From Callorhinchus milii (lineage: Eukaryota), in NCBI RefSeq assembly GCF_018977255.1, contig NW_024704743.1, positions 9,736,001 to 9,800,000 on the forward strand: DNA of 64,000 nt. The letters are read 5' to 3'. Below are positions 11,894 through 24,260 of this stretch, in pieces. A program made the translations under genes and the position numbers. Position 1 is the stretch's first letter; every line of letters starts with the position of its first letter. The notes under the pieces were generated by a model. It ran no database searches. It was given only the letters and a program-made list of their open reading frames with translations, and was not told where the DNA came from.

Positions 11894-14166
11894 CGGGTGG
11901 GCAAAATACGGCCCGCGGGCCATATCCGGCCCACCAAATGATTCTATCCGGTCCATCATCGTGTCTAGCAATAGAAAAAATTATAGTTCGTTCAGTCCCA
12001 GAAATTTGGCATTTGAATCATACCAATCACAGTGCTTAGTTATGTGCACGTTCCCTTAAGTGTTGAATCAGGCTGATGTCAGAAATGTACGGATCAGGAA
12101 GAGGATGTTAATTCGAAATGAGTTTACCAAAGAAGCGGAAAGTGGATGCTAAGGCCGAATATTCAACAAAGAATGAACTTCTAAATATTTTTTTTACCAG
12201 TATGGGTGGAAGAGCTGTGCACTTAATTTGCAAAGAAAGTGTGGCAGTGCTCAAAGACGACAACTTTAATCGCCATTTTGAGAGCAAGCATACTTGCAAA
12301 TATAAGAACGTTTCTGTCGAAGAAAAAGGAACGAAAGCTGATGAGATGGTTGTTCGAATGCAAAAAGAGCAAAGCATTTTCACAAAACAATTTGCGTCCC
12401 AGGATGAACTTACAAAAGTGAGTTACGTGATTGCACACAAAATTCGCCAAGAACAGTAAACCATTCTCTGAAGGAGAATTTATAAAGGAATGTATGGTTG
12501 ACTCTACCTCAATTTTATGCCCAGACAAGAAAAAACAGTTCGAGAACATTAGCTTGTCAGGCGATCTATTGTGAGATGTGTCGAGGATATCTCTGAGAAC
12601 CTGTATGTGCAGTTAAAAAATGAAGTAAGCAATTTTGCATGTTTTTCACTGGCACTTGATGAGAGTTGTGATGACAAAGACACAGTCCAATTGATAATTT
12701 TAATTTGAAGTATCACCAAACATTTTGAGCTCACAGAAGAATTGGCATCAATGTAGACAATGAAAGATATTGGAGAAGACTTTTTGGAGGCAGTAAATAA
12801 GTGTATCTTAAAATTAGAAGTGGAGTGGAAAAAATGGTGAATGTGACCACTGATGGAAGCCCAAATCTGAGGGGCAAAAATGTTGGTTTACTGAAAAGAA
12901 TTCCAGATCAAGTCAAAGAAACAAATCCAGAACAGAATATTGTTTTTCTACACTGCATTATCCACCAAGAGGTCCTCTGTAAGAGTGTTCTAAAACTAAG
13001 CAATGTCGTGGACACAGTTATGAAAGTGGTCAACTACATTCGAGCAAAAGGATTAAACCACAGGCAATTTGTAACTCTGCTTGAGGATTGGAATCTGAGC
13101 ACACGGATGTTCTGTATCACACAAATGTAAGATGGCTTAGTTTAGGAAAGGTCTTAAAAAGAGTGTGAGAACTGAGAACAGAGATTGATTTATTTTTGGG
13201 CATGAAACGAAAAGATTCAGATTTCCCACATCTGAATGATGCGAATTGGCTCTCTGATTTTGCATTTGCCATTGATATAATGGGCCACATGAATGAACTG
13301 AATTCAAAACTGCAACGGAAGGGGGCCTTTGTGCACGATTTGTATTGCAGTGTCAAGTCATTTATGACAAAGTTATTTCTTTTATCGCGTCAGATAGGAA
13401 ACAGGCAGTTCGCCCACTTTCCAACTTTGTAGCAGATTACTGTTTGCGATCAGAACCTTAAAAAGTATACTTCGTTACTACTTGACTTACTTGCCAAATT
13501 TTCTCACCGATTCCAGGATTTCAATTTGATCGAAAATGACCTGTCTTTGGTCTCTTCACCTTTCTCATTTGATGTTGACAAAGCCCCATTTGACCTCCAA
13601 CTTGAGCTTATTGACCTGCAATGTGATCCATTGCTTACGGAGCAATTCAAATCAGTGTCGCTTCCCAGTTTTTACGCTTCTCTTAATGAATATACCTTTC
13701 CAAAACTAAAGTCTCGAGCCCGGAGGATGCTTGTGCTGTTTGGATCAACATACATATGGAAGGAGACATTTTCTGCGATGAAATTCAATGAATCAAAACA
13801 TAGATCTGTGATGATTGATGACCACTTTGCTGCAGTACTCCGCATTGCAACAACGGTGACGATGCCTGATTTCGGTTGTCTTGTTAATGCATATTAGCGC
13901 TTTCATTCTTCCCATTGAGTGAGCTTCTCACATTCTCATCAATTTGTGAATAAATGAATAAATATCGAATAAATGTCCGCTCAATGAGTTTTTATTTAAC
14001 CTAATTTTAATGAATGTCAATTATATAGATTTTATTTTATGCATGTACACGTGTAAGACTTGATTTTGAGCTATTATTAAATTTGCATCTTTATTAAGTG
14101 TGTGGCCCGCGAAGCTTACCAAAACTCGTAAAGTGGCCTGCCAGACAAAATAATTGCCCACCACTG
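11894..14166 (+). mobile_element. Full-length decayed hAT DNA transposon (SPIN/Charlie/GTF2IRD2-like)
   Basis: Left end CGGGTGGGCAAAATACGGCCCGCGGGCC; right end TTGCCCACCACTG (revcomp CAGTGGTGGGCAA); subterminal GGCCC motifs at both ends; degenerate 8-bp TSD ATATAAGT/CTATAAAT; internal transposase. Confidence 0.9.
12118..13918 (+). pseudogene. hAT transposase with multiple stops and frameshifts
   Basis: N-terminal PKKRKV and BED-like HLIC..RHFESKH; FSLALDESCD (first catalytic D), VTTDGSPNL (second D), HCIIHQE (CxxH), RWLSLGKVL, C-terminal FGSTYIWKETFS..LRIAT..HSSH stop. Split over ORFs at 12118, 12801, 13196 and 13526. Confidence 0.92.
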
Positions 14167-14964
14167 CTATAAATAGATCCATATCTAAAACTTCAATATT
14201 GCTCCTTTACTAATTTTGTTGAAAGTATTTTGCAGAATTTCTGGATTCAACAACTGAATAATTATCCTTATGAGCCTCCGTTGGGGTAGAAACTAGTGTC
14301 ACAGTTTTATTCTAATAATAATCCTTGCAATTTGAATTAATTTAATATGTTTGCTATCTCCTGTTCATTCTCTTTTTCAACCCACTTTGAGTGCCTTAGG
14401 GTTTTAATGACTTAGCTTCTTACTGTTATAATATTGAAAGATTTTTTTGTCATCAATGCAAAATCAATCTCTATACAATTTATAAACTGCATCTCTTGAT
14501 AAATCAAAGCCCCTGATCTGGAAATATTTCCTCCCATTGAAATATATCCTCTGTGAAGACATTACAGTAATCATCCAAAAAAATTGCAGTACATGTACTG
14601 CCTCATGATATGCTCTTTAAAGATGATTTATATTAAAGAAATATATTCTGTAAATATGTAACAATTATTTGCAAAAGAGAAAAACTTTTAGTCTCATCAA
14701 GGAAATTGATTTTGGTAAAATATACTCTGTGTGACAAAGCTGATGTGCATGCTGTAACTTCATTATAGAAGAATTTTCTCTGTGAAGAATTTAGATGTTA
14801 AATGAGTTCTATCAGATGCAAGGATTGTTATATTATTAACCAAGATGCAGTGATTGATCTGATAGTCGGGAAAAACTTAGCTATAAAATCTTCCATTCCA
14901 GTTAGATTAGTAACAGGACCTGCTAAAGTTGGTCAGAAGTTGATCAAATCACCATACAATTCCA

Positions 14965-15290
14965 CAACAACAATAAAATTGCATTTATAGAGCGCCTTTC
15001 ACGTCGGTAGGATGTCCCAAAGCACTGAACAGTCAGGTGTCGGGGCCCGAAGCATGGGGGAAGGGGTGGTGTAGGGGTGAGGGAAGGCAGAGAAGTGGGA
15101 GGGAGACCAAAGGCACGGTCGAAGAGAAGGGTCTTGAGACCGGCCTTAAATGAGGCAAGGGAGGAAGCGATGCGAAGGGACTGTGGGATGGAGGTCCAGA
15201 GTGTGGGTGCAGAGAGGCTGAAAGCCTCCAATGTTAGGACGGGTTGGCTGGGAACTATGGAGCAGGCCGGAGCCCGATGAATGGAGGGAG
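14965..15290 (-). mobile_element. L2 3' fragment
   Basis: Reverse complement of the tail and 3' UTR of the L2 at 50230-50540. Confidence 0.85.
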
Positions 15291-15471
15291 GAAGGAAGGA
15301 GGATAATTTGGAAAGAGAGATAATTTGAAACCCGTATAACCAAAATACTTGCCACAACAGCAGCAACTTGCACTTATCCAATGCCCCTAGCATAACAATA
15401 AATGCCTCAAAGTGCTTTACAGAATAGAAATGAATGTTATTATAAAGGCAAACGTGGCAGCAGCTCATCTC

Positions 15472-15795
15472 GAGTCCTGTAGCTCAGTGGTTAGAGCACT
15501 CGCTTTGCAAGCGAGAGACCTGAGTTCAATTCCAGGCAGAGGGCGAAACCTTGGGCAAGTTTCCTTACTCCACACAGAGCCTAATAATAATCCCTCCAAA
15601 ACCAAAAACAATAATAAATTGGTCATTTTCAATCTACGACTGTTTGTGGGACATTGCTGTGCGCAATTGGCTGCCGCGTTCGCCCACAAATATACAGTCA
15701 ATTCACTTTACAGTGTGTTCTGTGAAGCGCTTTGGGACGTCCTCCCGACGTGAAAAGCGCTATATCAAATGCAAGTATTATTATTATTATTATTA
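15472..15795 (+). mobile_element. Young tRNA-derived SINE, full length (tRNA-Ala(TGC)-like head, partial Deu domain, L2 tail)
   Basis: A box TAGCTCAGTGG, B box GAGTTCAATTCC, anticodon stem CTCGC/GCGAG with loop TTTGCAA; tail GCGCTTTGGGACGTCCTCCCGACGTGAAAAGCGCTATATCAAATGC plus (ATT)n. Confidence 0.92.
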
Positions 15796-16024
15796 TCTCT
15801 GCCAGCAAAATTCCACAAACAACAATGAGCTAAGCAGACAATTGATATGAATTTGGGGTAAATTTACGATGGGGAGGGGAAATTGTAAGCCATTTCTTTG
15901 AAATGGCAGGGCAGCTCCATTACATTCACCTGAATCAGAAAGTATTAAAACATCAAGTTACTCCAGAGTAAAATTAAATGATTAAAAACACCTTAATTGT
16001 ACTTATACTGTAAGGCTTACCTGG

Positions 16025-16400
16025 CTTGCCTCTGATTCAAAATGTTGTGGGTTCAAGTTGGACTTTGGGACCTTGAACTCACAGTCGAGGCTGACACTCC
16101 AGTGCAGTGCTAGAGATGTGCTGCATTGTCAGAGGTGCTGCCCTTCAGATGAGACGTTAAACTGAACTGCTCAGGTGGATGTTAAAGATCCCATGACACT
16201 ACTTGAAAAGAGAAGGGAGTTTCTCCTGGTGTCCTGGCCAACCCAGATAAAATTGGTCACTCATTTCATGGAACATTGCTGTGTGCAGATTGGTTGCCAC
16301 GCTCGCTTACAAAATACACAGTAAAAAAAAATCCTGTGAAATGCTTTGAGACGTCTCAACGACTTGATCGGGCACTTTATTGAATGAAAGGATTATTATT
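16025..16400 (+). mobile_element. Old Deu-domain SINE (SacSINE1/AmnSINE1-like); further copies at about 2255-2465 -, 8650-8915 +, 17460-17815 -, 18115-18555 -, 27525-27875 +, 34040-34445 +, 50835-51225 +, 53075-53380 +, 53730-54000 -, 56995-57235 -, 59345-59630 +, 62090-62560 +
   Basis: Recurrent blocks GCTGACACTCCAGTGCAG, GATGAGACGTTAAAC, CAGGTGGATGTTAAAGATCCCATG, GTGTCCTGGCCAA, TTGCTGTGTGCA..TTGG match the Deu central domain as I recall it. Confidence 0.8.
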
Positions 16401-17094
16401 AGAGTTGTTCTCTGCCTTGTCCTCTTGTACAATATGCTCTGGCCCACAGGTCGGAAGGCAGCCAGAAAACGCTGAGTGTCTCCCACAGTCTATGACAGTG
16501 CTGCTCTGTGGCCAGCTGGTGAGGAAGTACTGAAGTGTGCTCCAAGATGGAATGAAAGCTGTTTTTTTTAAACTACCTGCTGACCTCTGGGCACTTCACC
16601 TGTTCTCAGGTTGATACACAGTGTCCTGGCTCATCTTGGTGATGGAATGTCTGAGAGCAGCTCAAGAGTTTTTGACTGTGATTCAAGGTTGGGTCTCTGA
16701 ACTCATGGCACCTGGTCCTTCACAACAGATTGTTCAGGCATCATTTTGTTCTCTAATGTCTGCACTTTTCACACCAAATTATGATTTTAATGCCAATTTG
16801 CTGCACAAAATGTAATAATAATCCTTGCATTTGATATAGCGCCTGATCACATCATTGAGATGCTTTAAAAAGCTTCGCAGGATATACTTTAAAATTAATT
16901 CACTCTATATTTTGTGGGCAACTTGTGGGCGAAACGTGGCAGCTAATTGTGCACAGTAGTGTCCCACAAATGGTCATGGATTGAGTGACCAAATGTAGAA
17001 TAAATTTGAGTTGAACTAGAAGTGATTTGCACTGCAACCCTGCTGCTGGGATCATCTTAAGACGTGGTTTCAGCAGAACTTTGATTGAAGAGAT

Positions 17095-17430
17095 TTATAT
17101 AGGAGTGTGAGGATCTTGTAATTGATCTGTTCTGCAATAGGGTGCCAGTGAAGGTTGAGAGGCCTGGGGTAATATGGGTATGGATTTTGGTGCAGGTAAG
17201 GAAAGGGGCAGTGGAGTCTTGAATTAATTGAATGTTATGAATGGTGGTGCTGGGGAGACCGGCGAGGAGGACATTGGGATAATCGAGCTGGGAGGTGACA
17301 AATGCATGGATAATAATATTATTATTGTTATTATTATAAGGATTTCTGCTGTATTGAGTGTGAGGTACTGTCGGAGGCGGGCAATGTGGAAGGGAGGAAA
17401 GCAGTCCTCATCAGGGACAAGGGTAGATTA
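17095..17430 (-). mobile_element. Old L2 fragment
   Basis: Reverse complement resembles the L2 SRLDY / LHWHP region (compare 26230-26520). Confidence 0.65.
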
Positions 17431-19367
17431 AATCAGGCATCCCACTCTACATCAAAATAAAATAATCCTTTCACATTGGGAGGATGCTTCCAAACACTTC
17501 ACAGGATTTACTATATGAAGGTGAATGTGGCAGACCACAGCAATTGTCCCACAAAGCCAGAAGTGACCAATTTTATCTTGGTGATTATTGGCCAGGACAC
17601 TGGGAGAAACTCCCTTCTCTTTTGAATAGTGCCGTGGGATCTTTGACATCCACCTGAAGACAAACGGGACCTTGGTTTAACATCTCATCTGTAGGACAGC
17701 AGCTCTAGTTATGCATCTCTCTCCATTAGAATATGGCAGTCTAGTATACAGCTGTGGAGCTGGAACCCAGAACTTTCTGACTCAGAAGCAAGAGTGACGC
17801 AGGCTGACATAGCCCCAAAATATGAGAATTTGGTAAATAGAGGACTTTTCATGTAAAAAAATGTCTTGAAGCACTTTACAGAATGAGATTACTACACTAC
17901 AACTATAACTTGTATTTATATAGTGCCCCTCATGCAGGATAGTGTCCCACAGCACTTTTTTAATATTCACTTAGAAATGAAGGGAATATTATCAGAAACC
18001 TACCTCTTTGATCAAGCCTAGGGTCAATTAATTAGCATTTTTCAGGATGATTTGGATGAGGAGGGGTAATAAGACAAGATAATTGGGAGAAAAACTCCAC
18101 TTTGAAATGATTATAATAATCCTGATATTTAATATAACATTTCTGCACATAGAAACATCTCAAAGTATCTCAGTAATTACTGTAATTGGAGGCAAACATG
18201 GCAGCCAATTTGCCCACAGCAATGCACCCTCTTAATTGGAGGCTGGTGGACAGGAGAAACTTACTCTTCTCTTTTCGAATAGTTTCACATCATCCGTTCT
18301 TTAACGTTTACCTGAACAGGCAGATTAAACCTTAGTTGAACTTTAAATCTTCACCAAACAAACGCACATCCAACAATGAATCAAGTCCCCAACACTAAAC
18401 TGGAGTGTGAGTCTAGGCCATGAGCTTAAAATCCTCAACACTGGATATTTTGATGTAGAGTGGGATGCCTGATTTAATCTACTCTTGTCCCTGATGAGGA
18501 CTGCTTTCCTCCAACCTTCTGACACAGAGGTGGTAGTGTTACCAACTGAGCCAACACGACACAAAAATTAGAACATCAAATCTGTTACAAAACTTTCACC
18601 AACTGGTTCACCTGCCTAATGGCCATCAAACTGCTTCGTCTTCCTAACACAATTGGGGTTATGTGCATATACAGGTATATATATATAAAACATACATATA
18701 TATATACACACATATACTGAGGTATAATACACGAGATAATCTTCCTGCAGTGATTAATTGTGAATTTGACTTTCAAGTGAAACCAGAACTGCTCTCTGGA
18801 GCAGTTATGTCTCAGCACAGGGAACTTCACTTGGCAGTGTTTTAATTCCAAGGCATCAGTACAAGAGGGCACAAGATCAGGGTTGCAAAGAGCAATTTCA
18901 GGACAGAACCAGGAAGCATTTATTTACCCAGAGGGTAATTAATGAATGGGAAAGGTTACCGGGAAGGGTTTTTGAGACTGGGACACTGGACTCATTCAAG
19001 AAACAGCTTGATGCTTTAATGGGAGGATGGCAGGGTGATACTATGAAAGCATGAAATAAAATGAGTCAAATAGCCTTTATCTGAACTTCTCATGGTAGCT
19101 GTGAAATACAACAATACAATGTGATAAAGGGCCTTTCACTGCTAGCTGGGCACGAGCTGAGGGGTGACAGCTGAAGAGGATGGGAGGGGAAAAATGACCA
19201 AAAACATGGTCAAAGAGGTACGCCTTGAGATGGGATTTAAACATGTGGAGGGAGTGGGTGAGTCTGAGGGTCTCCGGGATGGAATTGCAGAGAGCAGGAG
19301 CAGAATGGTTCAAAACCCACTCGCTGATGGTGAGGCAGAACGGGCGGAAATGCAATTGCAAGGATTA

Positions 19368-19512
<145 letters not shown>

Positions 19513-19744
19513 AGGTCATCACACAGTCACTCCACTTTACAGAATACTTTTATATACACTTTACTCCACACGCCTCTGTTTACCTAACAGAAGTAGAACC
19601 CGGTTGTTAGTCAATTGGTGGATCGCTTTTCCGGAGGTAATACCTTCAATATAAATTAAAATAATTTGGTCATTCACTCCAAGACTGTTTGTGGGACACT
19701 GCTGTGTGCAATTGGCTGCTGTGTTTTGCCCGCAAAAGTATATA

Positions 19745-20160
19745 CAACAACAAAATTACATTTATAGAGCACCTTTCACGTCGGGAGGACATCCCAAAGC
19801 GCTGAACCATCAGGTGTCGGGGCCCGAGCATGGGGGAGGGGGGTGGTGTAGGGGTGAGGGAAGGCAGAGAGGTGGGAGGGAGACCAAAGGTACGGTCGAA
19901 GAAAAAGGTCTTGAGACTGGCCTTGAAGGATGCAAGTGGGGAAGTGATGCGAGGTGACTGTGGGATGGAGTTCCAGAGTGTGGGGGCAGAGAGGCTGAAA
20001 GCCCGGCCACCAGTGGTAGGACGGGTCGGGCGGGAGACATGGAGCAGGCCGGAGCCCGATGAACGGAGGGATTGGGCAGGCTCGTAGGGAGTCAGCAGGT
20101 CAGCCGTGGAAGCTAATGCTGCCAGCGCCTGAGGTGCGGAGGCATTGGCGCGAGCTAATC
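19745..20160 (-). mobile_element. L2 3' fragment nested inside a SINE (SINE halves at about 19560-19744 and 20163-20265)
   Basis: Minus-strand L2 tail CAACAACAA..ATTTATAGAGCACCTTTCACGTCGGGAGGAC; SINE body resumes after it; GTATA on both sides. Confidence 0.82.
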
Positions 20161-20589
20161 AGGTATAGTGAATTAACTTTAACTACAGTATGTCCTATGA
20201 AGCAGTTTGAGACGTCTCAAAGACATAATAAGGCGCTATATCAAATGCAAGGATTATTATTATATATCCTGTGAAGTTCTTTGAGACATCCTCCTGACAT
20301 GAAAAGTAGTAGAACAAATGTAAGGGTTATTATTATTTTTAATAATGCGAATGAGAAAACGTGAATATTTGCTCATCTTATTGAAACAGTTCAATAATTC
20401 TGCAGTGTAAACTAATAAAACATATGCTGTATCTGGTAAATCAAGGTAGGTGGCATTCAACCAAACCTGCCTTTATCTGAAAAAACATGTGAAACAGATA
20501 AGTCTTCAAACAATGCACAAAACTGACAAGCACTCCACCTTGTGGATATATTGATATTGCAGCTCTTTAACCATTGTTGCAAAGGAATT

Positions 20590-20852
20590 CACGAAGCAGG
20601 GGTAAAGTTTGCCAGTCAGTGCTTTCAACCGCAAACTGTGTGTTTTAGTTCATTAAACTCCAGCACAACCCCAATGCACACTCTGGGCTCCCCAAGCCTT
20701 GGCTCTTGCCCGCCTGTGCCTAATACTCTCCGGAATTAGCTAAGCAAAATGCATTCCCCCAGGGAGAGAGGACGCATTCCATTCCAAAACACAGAAATCT
20801 CCATGTGTAGGTGAGAGCCATAGAACTCTCAGTTTGGTTGGGATACTCTCAA
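20590..20852 (+). repeat. Unclassified ancient dispersed repeat (other copies 33586-33825 -, 56175-56362 +)
   Basis: Collinear blocks TGCTTTCAA, ACTCCAG, TGTGCCTAAT, ATTCCA in all three; GAACTCTCAGTTTGGTT.GGATACTCT in two. Confidence 0.7.
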
Positions 20853-21721
20853 GTACAGTAACAGGTTTCCACATGTGTCAGACACATGACTCACCAAAAA
20901 GAAGTCCGTGAATGACATTCGGTCATATGTTAAGACTTACAGACTCCAGAATAATGCTGACCAAAGTGTAAGTGACCTGGCAGCGATCAATGCGACAAAG
21001 AATAATAATAATAAAAATCCTTGCATTTGATGTAGTGCCTTATCACGTCGTTGAGACTTCTCAAAGCGCTTCACAGAATATACAGTTAAGTGAAATTGAC
21101 CATATTATTACTTAATAATAATAATTTGTGGGACACTGCTGTGCCCAATTGGCTGCCACTTTTTGCCCACAAGATACAGTCAATTCACTTTACAGTATAT
21201 TCTGTGAAACGCTTTGAGATGGCTCAAAGACGTGATAAGGCGCTATATCAAATGCAAGGATTATTATACTTTGTGGGCGAAACGTGCCCACAATATACTA
21301 AACAAAGGAAAGATGAACCTTTACTTTGTCCAGTCCATCAAAGAAGAGGTGAAAACCTAATTGCTAAAAACCTAAAATTTTATTTTAATTTGCTCTTAAT
21401 GGGGCCTAGATTCCGCACTGAACATCAATTACGTAAATTAAGATGGCTGATGGCTGTCCTGTAAAAAACATTGAAAAGGTCTTAGTTTTGCATGAGTTTA
21501 AGGCACATTGTCTACAGGTTGGAAATGACCTCATTTACCAAGTATGGGTCTTTGGTTTTCCCCTAAACTAGACGTTCATTGATGAACACGAAAGAACTTC
21601 AGAGAAATATTTCCACACAGGAAATATGAACACTCATAGCAAACAAATGATTAACTGTCAACAGTAATTATAATAAATAACGATAAGAAACTGAAAAACA
21701 AAAGTATTTACAATATTTATA

Positions 21722-22046
21722 TGTCCTGTAGCTTAATGGTTAGAGCACTCGCCTCTCAAATGAGAGAAGCTTGGTTTGATTCTTGGATCGCTTTCCGGGT
21801 GTAATAACCCCTTTAAAAAATTATAAAATAACAATAATTAGAATTTGGTCACTCAATCCATGATTGTTTTGTGGTGCACTGCTGTGTGCAATTGGCTGCC
21901 GTGTTTGGCCCACAAAATATACAGTCAATTCACTTTACAGTATATCCTGTGAAGCGCTTTGAGACGTCTCAAAGACTTGATAAGGCGCTATATCAAATGC
22001 AAGGATTATTATTATTAATATCAAATGCAAGGATTATTATCATTAT
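21722..22046 (+). mobile_element. tRNA-SINE, internally deleted, tail duplicated
   Basis: GTCCTGTAGCTTAATGGTTAGAGC head; ATATCAAATGCAAGGATTATT occurs twice. Confidence 0.85.
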
Positions 22047-22799
22047 TCCCCAATAGGATGCATGTCACCCAGAATGGTTTTCAGCCCCCCGCTCTCTGGA
22101 ACTCTGTCCCAGAGTACCTCTCCCTCCCCCTCCAACCTTTAAGACCTAGCTTTTTTATTGTGTTTTCAGTCACCTTCCACCCCTGATCACCCCCCACCCT
22201 ATACACTCTTAGCTTCTTCCCCCAGCTTAGACTTCAAGTCAGTCGTGTGAAGGGTTTTGAGACTTTCCCCGACACGAACAGCGCTGTATAAATCTGAATT
22301 GTTGCCATCTGTGCATTATGTAGTGTTTCCACTTCTTAGCTCACACCTTCTCTGTCATGTGTGCTGACTAGCTTGACTCACACTACATCTGTGAAAGTGA
22401 GAGAGAAAGAGAACAGGACCCCTAGTTGCATTTCCCTTGAGAAGAGGGAGAGAAAGAGAAGTGTGCGTGTGTGTGTGTGTGGTGTGTGTGTGTGTGGGGT
22501 GGGGGGGGGGTGGAGTGGGGGGTGGCGAGGTCAATGTTCCTGCCCCCTCACAACTCCACTCACCTCTCCAGTGCCCTCTGAATGCTGTCTTCCTTGCCAT
22601 GTGAGGTGCCTTGCTCTGAGTGTTGCTGTGCAGTTGTGCTGCAAGCTGCAGAGAAGAACCTTCATGCTGAGTCCAGGGCTTCTGGGAGGAGATGGTCACC
22701 AACAAAGAGGATGGAAGAGAGAGACTCAGGGGATGATGGCTGGCTGATCACCTCCTCCCACAAGCTCACCTGAATAAGTAGACCATGTGTTTAGATGTT

Positions 22800-23105
22800 C
22801 CCCATGTTCACCTACAAATACAGCTCACTGGTTTGAAACTTGGTCTGTGCTGAGTTTGCTTGTCCCAGGATTGCAAGGGGAGGCTTATCCCTGGTCTTCC
22901 TAGGGATAGAGAGGTTCAAACCAGCTAAGTTTCTTGCTTTTAGTCCCTCTATTGCAGCATCCTCTACTGATTATCCACATGTGTGGCAGCTGGATGGGGA
23001 GAGGTCAGGGTCACCTGTGACGCCCTCAACAGTTGAGTGGCCTGCCAACAAGACTCACGCATGATTAATGTCCACTTAGTCAGGCAACCAGTGCCCCTCG
23101 AACAT
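22800..23105 (+). mobile_element. Ancient SINE-like repeat (AmnSINE2/LmeSINE-like, family name uncertain); copies at about 30310-30650 -, 55130-55372 -, 58740-58805 -
   Basis: Shared GGTCTGTGCTGAGTT(A/T)GCTG, CCAG..TTTC..GCT, TGTGA.GCC, AATG.CCACTT blocks between copies. Confidence 0.6.
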
Positions 23106-23269
23106 AATAAATGGTTTCGAGAACGCTCCCCTGGCTTTCACACAATGCTTGACCCCCACATCGTGCCAATGATTGAGGAGAACGGCATATTTGAGCCTCA
23201 ACAGTAAAATAGGATAGGAAGTTAACTCAGCCAAGATCCAGTAAATCAGCCAATAATCATTCATAAAAA

Positions 23270-23583
23270 TAATAATAATAATAATCCTTGCATTTGATAT
23301 GGTGCTTTTCACATCTTCTAGACGTCTCAAAGTGCTTCACAGAATATACTGTAAAGTGAATTGACTGTATATTTGTGGGCAAAACCTGCAGCCAATTGCG
23401 CACAGCAGTGTCCCACAAACAGTCATGAATTGAGTGACCAAATTATTATTTTATTTTTTCTTGAGGGATTATTATCAAGCATGTGGAGTAAGGAAACTTG
23501 CCCTAAGTTTTGCCCTGCTGGGAATCAATCGCAGATCTCTCACTTGCGAGGCGAGTGCTCTAACCACTGAGCTACAGGACTCC
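23270..23583 (-). mobile_element. tRNA-SINE, full length, older subfamily
   Basis: Same head and tail on the minus strand. Confidence 0.9.
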
Positions 23584-23609
23584 ATGTACTCCATGTAGAA
23601 ATGTACTTC

Positions 23610-24260
23610 CATAGAATCCTAGAATTATATAACACAGAAGGAGGCCATTCGGCCCATCGTGTCTGTCCTGGTCTTTGAAAAGAGCTATCCAATTCAATCC
23701 CACTCCCCCACTCTCTCCCCATAGCCCTGCAAACGTGTCCTCCCAAATAATTATCTACTTCTCTCTTAAAAGTTGTTATCGAATCGGCTTCCACCACACC
23801 TTCAGGCAATGCATTCCAGATCCGAACAACTCACTGTATGAAAAAATTTCCCCTCACCTCCCCTCTGTTTCTTTTAACAACTATTTTACATCAGTGACCT
23901 CAGGTTACTGACCCACCCACCAGTGGAAATAGTTTCTCCTTGCTCACCCTATCGAATCCCCTCATAATTTTGAAAACTTCTATTAAGTCTCCTCTTAACC
24001 TTCTCTGCTCCAAGGATAATAATCCTCGCTTCTCTGGCCTCTCCTGATAATTGAAGTCCCTCATTCCTGGTACCATCCTGGTAAATCTGCTTTGCACCCT
24101 CTCCAGTGCCTTGACATCCTTTCTAAAGTGTGGAGCCCAGAACTCAAGCCAGTATTCTAGCTGAGACCTAACCAGTGTTTTATAAAGGTTCATCATAACT
24201 TCCTGATTTTTGTAATCTATCCCCCTACATATAAAGCCGAGTATCCCGTATGCTTTTTTT
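23610..24260 (-). mobile_element. CR1 3' fragment
   Basis: LYKTLVRSQLEY..ERVQSRFTRMVPG..EQRRLRGDLIEVFKI; 3' UTR GGCCGAATGGCCTCCTTCTGTG..ATTCTATG. Confidence 0.9.

Noticed and set aside
12118..13918. Domesticated GTF2IRD2-like host gene
   Set aside because: Multiple stops and frameshifts with TIRs and TSD retained: a neutral fossil.
15472..15545. tRNA-Ala(TGC) gene (also at 21722, 23583, 30837, 57822, 62566)
   Set aside because: SINE heads: poor acceptor stem, and continuous with SINE body and tail.
18486..18512. CTGATGAG as a hammerhead core or C/D-box snoRNA motif
   Set aside because: No GAAA box after a stem II; the sequence aligns to L2 coding DNA (compare 26231-26260).
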